DNA of 64,000 bases, taken from Bacteroidales bacterium (GTDB lineage: Bacteria > Bacteroidota > Bacteroidia > Bacteroidales > GCA-2748055). The notes beneath the pieces are model-generated. The model saw only the letters and a list, made by a program, of their open reading frames with translations. It made no database searches and was not told where the DNA came from. Position 1 is the stretch's first letter, and each line of letters starts with the position of its first letter. The DNA is taken from contig JBBDIE010000099.1 of NCBI GenBank assembly GCA_040880545.1, positions 15,944 to 79,943 on the forward strand, written 5' to 3'. Position numbers and translations under genes: made by a program. This document shows, piece by piece, positions 56,535-64,000 of this stretch.

Positions 56535-57279
56535 TACGCGCCACATGTTTCTCAGGTGCATTGTAGTCGCTATAAAAGGAAGATGACAAAGCCGCCTTCT
56601 CCGCTGCTTCCACGAAACAGGTCGACATACCGCCAGATTCCACGCTAACCACCGTTACATTGCCAACAGACCCATCCCGTCTCACTTCAATGTCAACTTT
56701 GACCAGCGCCGAACCCTCACACTTATAGACCGGAACAGTAAGATGCCGTTTCTGCCTGTTTTTTGGTTCACTCCTGAATTCATATGTGATCGTGGTGGGC
56801 CCCGTAAAAGGTTCCTCTTCGCTGTCGGGAATCTGCACCTCCCCGGCATCTTCTTCATGTACATAAGAGGAGATGATATCTTTCCATTTCTCCCTATCCT
56901 TCAGGAACTCCTCGTCCTTTTCCGCTTCAAGTTCATTGAGCAATTCATTCACATAATCCTCTGTGGAAATTTCCTGGTTCACTTCGTCATTTAAATTCAC
57001 TGCCCTGTTGCTAGCATTGGCCCTGGCCTCATAGATGTGTTCGATCCATTCAGGCGGCAAATCCGACTGCTCATCTTTCAACATATCCTCCAGGGAAATC
57101 TCCTTTGAAAAATCGAGCATCACCCCCAGCTCTTTATCCTTCTTCAGTCCATCGACCTTTACCAATACCAGGATAATCAGAATTACCAGATGAATGATCA
57201 CGGTATAAAGAATCGCCACATAATTGGTACGAATAAATTCTCTGAAATTACCGGGTCCGTATTTGAAAAGGTCTTCCAT
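56509..57279 (-). CDS. TonB-family energy-transducer-like protein (divergent)
   Basis: The likely start is MEDLFKY (57279). It has one TM segment (YVAILYTVIIHLVILIILVLV) and an acidic linker. The C-terminal ~75 aa fit the TonB-C pattern (EGSALVKVDIEVRRDGSVGNVTVVSVESGG..FVEAAEKAALSS.F). Its 3' end overlaps the GT9 gene tail-to-tail by 26 nt. Confidence 0.45.
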   Translation of the reverse strand: MEDLFKYGPGNFREFIRTNYVAILYTVIIHLVILIILVLVKVDGLKKDKELGVMLDFSKEISLEDMLKDEQSDLPPEWIEHIYEARANASNRAVNLNDEVNQEISTEDYVNELLNELEAEKDEEFLKDREKWKDIISSYVHEEDAGEVQIPDSEEEPFTGPTTITYEFRSEPKNRQKRHLTVPVYKCEGSALVKVDIEVRRDGSVGNVTVVSVESGGMSTCFVEAAEKAALSSSFYSDYNAPEKHVARITYQFVAQ

Positions 57280-57381
57280 TCTATTCTGCAAAAATATGAT
57301 CTTCTCTTGAATGAGGAAATATCGTACATTTACATAACGAAGATAAGACAATAAACATTTTTTAACTGTAATCTTGTACTC

Positions 57382-57966
57382 ATGAAAAGAATTTTAGCCA
57401 TAACGATGCTTTTTGCCACCCTCACAGGTTGCAGCATTTTAGCAGAATTAACTGCCCTTAAAAAGTGTGAATTCAGTTTCCATTCCGCCCAGGACCCGGT
57501 AGTCAGCGGTGTTGATATAATGCGTGTACAATCATTTTCCGATCTGACATTTATGGACGGGCAGCGAATTGTATCAAATATTCTGCAGAAAAAATTACCA
57601 TTCACTATTACCGCGAATGTGGAGGTGATGAATCCAGGTACCATCACCGCTGCATTGAACAACATCGAATGGATTGCATTTATCGATGATGTCCGTATTA
57701 CAACAGGCCGGATAGACAACCGGATCGAGATCCCGGGCAATGGTGGTACCGCATTGGTTCCCATAAAGATAGAAAGCGACCTTTATGAATACCTTCAGGG
57801 AGACAATCCGAAAACCATGTTGAATTTCGCACTGAACCTGGTGGATGCAGGAGGGCAACCCACCCGTCTGAGCATGAAAATCAAGCCATCGGTAACCATA
57901 GGTGTATCCCTGATACAATACCCTGGTTATTTTACAATCAGCAAGGAGTTTAAATCGGGCGACTGA
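57382..57966 (+). CDS. Lipoprotein, possibly LEA type-2 / NDR1-HIN1-like fold
   Basis: 194 aa with lipobox TLTGC-S. It looks like a beta-sandwich. The family call is tentative. Confidence 0.4.
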   Translation: MKRILAITMLFATLTGCSILAELTALKKCEFSFHSAQDPVVSGVDIMRVQSFSDLTFMDGQRIVSNILQKKLPFTITANVEVMNPGTITAALNNIEWIAFIDDVRITTGRIDNRIEIPGNGGTALVPIKIESDLYEYLQGDNPKTMLNFALNLVDAGGQPTRLSMKIKPSVTIGVSLIQYPGYFTISKEFKSGD

Positions 57967-57982
57967 CCGGAAGGCGGGCTGA

Positions 57983-60943
57983 TCAGAAAAGATCAACGGT
58001 AAACAAAAACTCAGGCTTCCATTCTCCGGTTTGAGGCAGCCAGGCCAGTCTTCCTCCTATGGAAACAGGGAAAAAGATCCGGAGAAAATGAAGGTCTGCC
58101 AGGATATCGGCTCCTACAGAATAATAGTTTTTATCTGTTAACTCCTGTTGGGGTTCCCTGATCAGTATATCCCTGCCTGCTAAATAATCGGCCCAAAGAT
58201 TGCCCCTGATTCTTGTTATATAGATTACCGGTCCGATATTGAAGTCGGGATATGCCACGGGAAAACTGTAGTCGGCACTGTATAATTTCATTTCCAGTCC
58301 GAGAATATCAACCATACCCCTTGGAAGTGAAATGTCATTATTAAAAAGATACCGTTCCGGATGTTGCACCTGCACAACATGTCTCAATCGTATTGTCTGG
58401 TGCTTCAGTAGGCCCGGCAGGTAGATGGCTCCTCCGGCAATGCTGAGGGATCCGAAATTAAAGGCATTGAAGGGTGCATTCCTGTATGTGGCAAAGGCCG
58501 TAATTCCCAGCCGTGGAAGGATATCCTTTCTTCCCATTCGCAGGTAGGAACTAAAATTAAACCTGGTTACAAACCTGTGCAAACCGGTTTCATAGCCCGT
58601 GCGGTTTTCGTTGGGAAAAATATCGGTGGAATAGCTATAGCCGATCAGTGGTTGCAGGCGTGTAATATATTTTCCGGTATTCAACCTCAGCGGAATATAA
58701 CAGGTTGATGTAAAAGTAAACCTGTCAGGATTCACGGGAACATTATCTGCCGCATCGATTTTATGAACCAGTGGAAGTCCTCCAACATTCAACCCCAGGT
58801 CAATTACCGGGATTCTCCCCTTCAGAATTACTCCTGAATGTAAAAAATGCATCTTATCCCTGTATTCATATCCAACCATTCCCGTTATGGTACTCAACAG
58901 GTTTTGCGTAAGCAACGTGGCCCCCAGGCTTACTGGAAGATCTTCCGGGTTAAGTGCTGCCTCCGGGTTCATATAATCGAAATAAAGCGGCAGCCATGAA
59001 TGGATGTTCACTGCATGAAATAGTTTTCGGTACGGTTTTGGGGTATATGTTCCCGGAACTGTATGTGCTGCACCGTCGATAATGGTCCTCTCTCCTGGCG
59101 TGGGGTCACTGTCCAGTTGCTCAGCAGCATACTCCCCCTCCGGAATCTCCACCATGTATTCCTCTTCCACCGTTTGAGTCACTGCCCTGTATCCGTCAGC
59201 ATGATAATCGGCATAAGAGAGAGAACCCGATCCGGGATTTATTCCTGGTTCAAACGCTCCGAAGTGTGCCGAGCTAACCCTGTATAACTGTTGATTTTCG
59301 AGATTAAACCTGTAAATGTTATCTATTCCAGAGAAAGTAGCGCTGAAAAAAATCTGCTTATCCTTCACCACTGGATGAGATATATCTTCATAACCTGAAT
59401 TAAATATTTCGGACCAGGTCTCCCTGTCCATACTGTATTTATAAAGGTATTTCCCAGACTTGCCGGTGAGTGTTACTACGATGGCTGAATCTTCCTCCAT
59501 CCAATGTGGGTGTTGTATAAACTGATTACCGGGAGCCCTTACTGAATGTTTCAGATTTCCTTCCATGTCAAGTATCACCAGGTGAAAGGAATAATCGGTT
59601 TGCTGTTCAATGGCTACGATATGTTCTCCGCCCTTCGAAATTGCCGGGCTGTAGTATCTCGTCCCAGAACCAAGGTTTCTCACCCGATTTTCCTCCAGAT
59701 TAAAAACCCTGATCTGAGAAAAGTTCCTGTTGCTCCACCGAATATCAGGAACCCACTCATCCCAGACAATTAATCCGCTGCTGTAGCTGAATCGCCCTGA
59801 ATTCATAAATCCTGGTCTGAATACCCGTTTCTCTGTTCCGTCAAGACCTATGGTCACAAACTCGGGGATTTGGTCAATACCCTCTTTCAGGGCAATCAGT
59901 AAAGTGTCACCGATCCACTGTGGAAAGCGATAACTGGTGTAGTGCTTTTGCCCGGGTTCGCTCCAGTTTCGGACAGGGACCGGGTCACGCTTGCTAAAAG
60001 TGCCTTTCCAGTGATCTTCATAAAGATCAAGGGTGGACTGATAAAGTTCCCGTTTCGACTTCACCCCGTATTTTCGCATGGCAAACCAGGAGGGAACCAC
60101 CAGGAAAGGTTTCCGGGCCACAAAATCTTCCATGTCTGTCCAAAAACTGTCTCCGTATGTTCTTCTTCCGAAACGAACCATCAGGTACCCAAGTTCATAA
60201 TGGTTGGGTACATGATCCCTATAAGAACCCAGAATTGCCTTGGAAAAATTATATCGCTGCTCCTGCTCCAGGAGAATGGCTTTCATACCCATTTCGAACG
60301 ATGGGAGCCTTCCACGACCTGTGTACGAGAATCGTGTTTCAGCATCAACAGCATCGCCCTCAAGATACCATAATGGGAGTAACCCAGACAGCAGTCCAAC
60401 CGCTTGTTCTCCGGCTATCACGGAAAGGGTTTTTCCAACTCCCTGGTTGAGTTTTGATATCTGAACGGCATGTCTCCCCTCGTGTAGAGCCAGTTGGGTC
60501 ATCCAGTCCTGCGCGTATCCGTTGGGATCTGGATTGGTAAACACTTCAAGTCTTTTGGGAGCCCATACAAATACCCCGTTGGAAAAACTTGATTCATTGT
60601 GGAACACTAAGGGTAACTTCCCATGTTTATGGTCGAGGACCTCTGCCTGAAATGGATAGTAATATTCCATATTATCGGCAAAATTCATGGCCAGACTATC
60701 CAGTCCGCGTGGGTAGATCACCTGGTAATGTTCACTGGAGAAATGGTTCCATCGAATAGTGGCTGGATCTTGTCCGTACTCATAGAATTGCCCGGACAGC
60801 CCCATCGAAAAAATTGCCAGAACCAGTAGTGGAATTATATTTCGGAAAATGGGTGAATCCTTGCCCGGCCTGTTATTGACCCGTTGAGAACTGTACTCCA
60901 AATCCCCTGTTTCGTAAATAAATATAAGCCCTTTTTCGCACAT
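57983..60943 (-). CDS. Large envelope protein: HExxH motif region + TolB-like beta-propeller repeats + C-terminal beta-barrel-like region (start uncertain)
   Basis: The track ORF reaches 61021 but overlaps the SUI1-like gene out of frame.
- **HExxH:** HEGRH at 60470-60484, in the context QLALHEGRHAVQ.
- **Propeller:** WD40-like/TolB-like repeats (RYYSPAISKGGEHIVAIEQ.., IFFSATFSGIDNIYRFNL).
- **C-terminus:** ~350 aa rich in alternating aromatic strands, ending in EFLFTVDLF.
- **Signal-like segment:** IIPLLVLAIFSMGLSGQ, which has no nearby upstream ATG. Confidence 0.6.
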   Translation of the reverse strand: MCEKGLIFIYETGDLEYSSQRVNNRPGKDSPIFRNIIPLLVLAIFSMGLSGQFYEYGQDPATIRWNHFSSEHYQVIYPRGLDSLAMNFADNMEYYYPFQAEVLDHKHGKLPLVFHNESSFSNGVFVWAPKRLEVFTNPDPNGYAQDWMTQLALHEGRHAVQISKLNQGVGKTLSVIAGEQAVGLLSGLLPLWYLEGDAVDAETRFSYTGRGRLPSFEMGMKAILLEQEQRYNFSKAILGSYRDHVPNHYELGYLMVRFGRRTYGDSFWTDMEDFVARKPFLVVPSWFAMRKYGVKSKRELYQSTLDLYEDHWKGTFSKRDPVPVRNWSEPGQKHYTSYRFPQWIGDTLLIALKEGIDQIPEFVTIGLDGTEKRVFRPGFMNSGRFSYSSGLIVWDEWVPDIRWSNRNFSQIRVFNLEENRVRNLGSGTRYYSPAISKGGEHIVAIEQQTDYSFHLVILDMEGNLKHSVRAPGNQFIQHPHWMEEDSAIVVTLTGKSGKYLYKYSMDRETWSEIFNSGYEDISHPVVKDKQIFFSATFSGIDNIYRFNLENQQLYRVSSAHFGAFEPGINPGSGSLSYADYHADGYRAVTQTVEEEYMVEIPEGEYAAEQLDSDPTPGERTIIDGAAHTVPGTYTPKPYRKLFHAVNIHSWLPLYFDYMNPEAALNPEDLPVSLGATLLTQNLLSTITGMVGYEYRDKMHFLHSGVILKGRIPVIDLGLNVGGLPLVHKIDAADNVPVNPDRFTFTSTCYIPLRLNTGKYITRLQPLIGYSYSTDIFPNENRTGYETGLHRFVTRFNFSSYLRMGRKDILPRLGITAFATYRNAPFNAFNFGSLSIAGGAIYLPGLLKHQTIRLRHVVQVQHPERYLFNNDISLPRGMVDILGLEMKLYSADYSFPVAYPDFNIGPVIYITRIRGNLWADYLAGRDILIREPQQELTDKNYYSVGADILADLHFLRIFFPVSIGGRLAWLPQTGEWKPEFLFTVDLF

Positions 60944-61223
60944 CACGGAACAAAATGATATCATACATCCGGGTTGATCCTTTAGTTCTGCAAACCGCTG
61001 AAAGTTCCCGTTCAATCCCAATCAGGTCTATCCGCTTTCCTATGAACCCGCTAACGCAGGTAATGGGAACCCCGTCAATTTTCCTTTTTTCAAGCGAGAT
61101 AGTCAATAGCTGCTTACCTGGTTCCCTGGTGTCCTGTTCACGAACATTGGCATATTCATACTCAAATTCCGGATAGGTAGAATATATCATCTCATCAGGA
61201 TGTAACGAAATTCTATCAACCAT
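60873..61223 (-). CDS. SUI1/YciH-like translation initiation factor family protein (divergent)
   Basis: 116 aa. Its length and pattern are colinear with E. coli YciH. An N-terminal ..IYST.. motif is followed by LTISLEKRKIDGVPITCVSGF..DLIGIERELSAVC..IILFRDVRKRAYIYLRNRGFGV. The Gly-rich CGxGG loop is not conserved. Confidence 0.5.
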   Translation of the reverse strand: MVDRISLHPDEMIYSTYPEFEYEYANVREQDTREPGKQLLTISLEKRKIDGVPITCVSGFIGKRIDLIGIERELSAVCRTKGSTRMYDIILFRDVRKRAYIYLRNRGFGVQFSTGQ

Positions 61224-61470
61224 AATACCTTTATTAAAGAAAGAGTAAATATAAGTTTACTAAATGAATCTTTCTGCTTTTAACATACTATTTGTGACGA
61301 ATCGTACTACGAAACATCTTTTGGAAGAAACATACCTGCCTTTGTGCCCATGAATTTATCTGAACATTCCAGGAAGGAGACTGTACAATCCAATAAAAAT
61401 CCTGGGTGTTTCATAATGAATCCAAAAAAACGTAAATTCGGAACCTCGAAATCGATATACCGGGAAGACT

Positions 61471-64000
61471 ATGAATAATTTCAGAAAATACAATCTTATA
61501 CTTGGCTGGTTCAGTTTCCTCACCGCACTAACCGTTTACCTTCTTACAATTGAACCCTCCGTAAGTCTTTGGGATTGTGGGGAATTCATTGCAAGTTCGT
61601 ATAAGCTTCAGGTGGGGCATCCCCCGGGAGCCCCCCTCTATATGATCCTTGGAAGATTCTTTGCACTGTTTGCCGGAGATACTGCCAATGTAGCCAGAAT
61701 GTACAATGCACTCTCCGCTGCCAGCAGTGCCTTTACCATTTTATTTCTTTTCTGGACAATTTCACACCTGGTAAAAAAGATTTTTATCAAAACTGATGAA
61801 GATCATACCGTCACCAACTACATTCTTATCCTGGGAAGCTCTCTGGTGGGGGCCCTAGCTTACACTTTTTCCGATACATTCTGGTTTTCAGCTGTGGAGG
61901 CTGAGGTATATGCCACCTCTTCTCTCTTTACCGCCGTAGTATTCTGGGCCATCCTGAAATGGGAAAATATTGCCGATGATAAATATGCCAACCGGTGGCT
62001 GATCCTGATCGCTTACCTGATCGGACTATCTATCGGGGTACACCTGTTGAACCTGCTGGCAATACCCGCCATTGTACTTGTCTACTATTTCAAAAAATAT
62101 GAGGTAAGCAGGAAGGGACTGATCAGGGCCATTCTTGTTGCGGTGGCCATCCTTGGTTCAATCATGTATTTCATCATTCCCGGACTTATAAAAATAGCTA
62201 CCTGGTTTGAGCTGCTCTTTACCAACGGTTTTGGTTTGCGTTATCACACCGGCATGATCATCTATATCATTTTACTACTGGGTCTTCTTTCCTTCGGAAT
62301 TTACAGAACCCAGTTCAGGAAAAAAAATGTATTGCTGAATACCATCCTCGTGAGTCTGACAGTTATCATCATTGGCTATTCCTCCTACGCCATGATCATC
62401 ATCAGGTCAACGGCTCAACCACCCATGAATGAAAACAGGCCCGACAATGCATTTGCACTTCTGTCGTACCTTAACCGGGAGCAGTACGGCGACCGCCCAC
62501 TGGTAACAGGGCACCAGTACAATGCGGAGTTTGAGTCGGTGGAATACAAAAAACCGGTTTACCGGCTGAATAAAGAGACCGGCAAGTATGAAGTTGCCAA
62601 CATGAAACCTGTTATTAAATACAAGGATGGAAATATTCTGTTTCCCAGGATGTATAGCCGGGATTCTCAGCACAGGCAGGTTTATGAGAATTACGGGACC
62701 ATTAAAGACCCGGCCAATCCCACCTACCTTGATAATATTGAATTCTTTATCCGATACCAGTTGGGGCACATGTATTTTCGCTATTTCATGTGGAACTTTG
62801 TGGGTAAACAAAATGATATTCAGAGTCACGGAGGGATCCTGGAAGGAAGGGCTATCAGCGGCATCAAAGGAATTGACAGTATCTGGCTCGGTAATCAGAA
62901 AGAACTTACCGATGATATGCTCAACCATCCTGCACGGAACACCTACTATTTCATTCCCTTTATACTGGGCATCATCGGATTTCTGTTTCATCTGAAAAAT
63001 CACCTGAAAGATTTCTGGATCGTACTGTTTCTTTTCGTGCTAACGGGCATTGCCATTGTGGTATACCTTAATCAATCGCCTTTACAGCCACGGGAGAGGG
63101 ACTATGCCTATGCCGGCTCGTTTTATGCTTTTTCCATCTGGATAGGAATGGGGGTTGCCGGTCTTGCGGCGATAATTAACCGGTATATGAAAATGCAACC
63201 TGCGGCTATATTCAGCGTGGTAATTTCAATGCTGGGTGCCCCCTTGTTATTGGCTGCTCAGAACTGGGACGATCACGACCGTTCAGGCCGCTATCTTACC
63301 AGGGATATTGCCAAAAACTACCTGGAGTCGTGCGATGAAGATGCCATTATATTTACCGTGGGGGATAATGATACATTTCCACTATGGTATGCACAGGAGG
63401 TGGAAGGAATCCGAACTGATATCAGGGTAGTGAATATGATGCTGTTCAATACTGAATGGCACATCGACCAGATGAAAATGAAGGCCTATGAATCTGAGCC
63501 TCTGCCCATGTCCCTTCCAATTTCAAAATACAGGGACGGCACGAATAATTCTTTGCTTGTAAGGGAGAATGAGCGGTGGGCCACTGTTAAATATATTTCT
63601 AACTTTATTCGTAGCGAAGATTCACGTACAAAACTCACCTTAAGGAACGGAGACAAAGTAGATCATCTTCCTACCAATAAGATTATAATCGAAGTTGATT
63701 CGGCAGCAGTAATAGAAAACAAAATCATTTCTCCGGACGATGCAGCTATCATGGAACAAGATGTCAGGATTATCTTGAATCCCGACCGCCAGATCCTTAA
63801 AGGAGGCATGGCTCAGCTTGATATATTTGCACAGAACAACTGGAAGAGGCCGGTCTATTATACTGCAGGAGCATTTGACGGTAGCCTGGGACTGGAGCCA
63901 TACTATCAACTGGATGGACTTGCTTACAAAGTGGTGCCCATTAAGACCCCCCAGGAGAGTATCCTGGTGATGGGACGCATTGATCCGGAAAAGATGTACG
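61471..64000 (+). CDS. DUF2723 domain membrane protein (GT-C-like glycosyltransferase fold), 3' end runs off the window
   Basis: Absent from the ORF track because it is open-ended. I read the frame from ATG 61471 through about 62580 codon by codon without finding a stop. Nothing suggests the frame closes downstream, but I did not check the remainder. The N-terminus LTIEPSVSLWDCGEFIASSYKLQVGHPPGAPLYMILGRFF and the later RSTAQPPMNENRPDNAFALLSYLNREQYGDRPL are hallmarks of DUF2723. There are multiple TM segments. Confidence 0.85.
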   Translation, partial: MNNFRKYNLILGWFSFLTALTVYLLTIEPSVSLWDCGEFIASSYKLQVGHPPGAPLYMILGRFFALFAGDTANVARMYNALSAASSAFTILFLFWTISHLVKKIFIKTDEDHTVTNYILILGSSLVGALAYTFSDTFWFSAVEAEVYATSSLFTAVVFWAILKWENIADDKYANRWLILIAYLIGLSIGVHLLNLLAIPAIVLVYYFKKYEVSRKGLIRAILVAVAILGSIMYFIIPGLIKIATWFELLFTNGFGLRYHTGMIIYIILLLGLLSFGIYRTQFRKKNVLLNTILVSLTVIIIGYSSYAMIIIRSTAQPPMNENRPDNAFALLSYLNREQYGDRPLVTGHQYNAEFESVEYKKPVYRLNKETGKYEVANMKPVIKYKDGNILFPRMYSRDSQHRQVYENYGTIKDPANPTYLDNIEFFIRYQLGHMYFRYFMWNFVGKQNDIQSHGGILEGRAISGIKGIDSIWLGNQKELTDDMLNHPARNTYYFIPFILGIIGFLFHLKNHLKDFWIVLFLFVLTGIAIVVYLNQSPLQPRERDYAYAGSFYAFSIWIGMGVAGLAAIINRYMKMQPAAIFSVVISMLGAPLLLAAQNWDDHDRSGRYLTRDIAKNYLESCDEDAIIFTVGDNDTFPLWYAQEVEGIRTDIRVVNMMLFNTEWHIDQMKMKAYESEPLPMSLPISKYRDGTNNSLLVRENERWATVKYISNFIRSEDSRTKLTLRNGDKVDHLPTNKIIIEVDSAAVIENKIISPDDAAIMEQDVRIILNPDRQILKGGMAQLDIFAQNNWKRPVYYTAGAFDGSLGLEPYYQLDGLAYKVVPIKTPQESILVMGRIDPEKMY

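Noticed and set aside
57330-57996. Minus-strand ORFs 57330..57764 and 57595..57996 opposite the 57382-57966 lipoprotein gene
   Set aside because: The plus-strand ORF has a clean lipoprotein signal (LTGC). The antisense ORFs lack any signal or motif.
62407-63003. 198-aa minus-strand ORF and 122-aa plus-strand ORF inside the DUF2723 gene
   Set aside because: They overlap an open frame with hallmark DUF2723 motifs and have no features of their own.

Overview
This 64-kb segment comes from a Bacteroidota chromosome, judged by SusC/SusD pairs, a hybrid two-component regulator, T9SS tails and DUF2723. No rRNA, CRISPR, transposase or integrase was seen. Two long edge-truncated CDS absent from the ORF track (1-2124 minus, 61471-64000 plus) were recovered by reading the frames by hand.

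- **Left third (1-21.5 kb, all minus strand):** a PUL-like operon lies downstream of an HTCS regulator. Two SusC/SusD pairs are interleaved with three fasciclin (FAS1) surface lipoproteins, and the operon ends in a T9SS-secreted protein with CBM-like modules. I recognise no glycoside hydrolase.
- **Middle (23.85-33.88 kb):** this is the most interesting part. A visibly AT-rich insert abuts tRNA-Arg(CCT) and consists of two tandem units with no integrase. Each unit has a direct repeat of the tRNA 3' end, a 50-nt spacer, a ~340-bp leader, a small OM beta-barrel, a DUF4249-like lipoprotein and a TonB-dependent receptor. A 203-bp block of the leader is identical between the two units. A 154-bp empty unit sits next to the tRNA.
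- **Right half:** housekeeping and envelope genes (arfB, SNF2 helicase, AsmA-like, PHP phosphoesterase, SpoIIE phosphatase, DASS transporter, ggt, GH16-like, atpDC, GT9, TonB-like, SUI1-like, DUF2723). They are separated by a dispersed family of imperfect-palindrome intergenic repeats.
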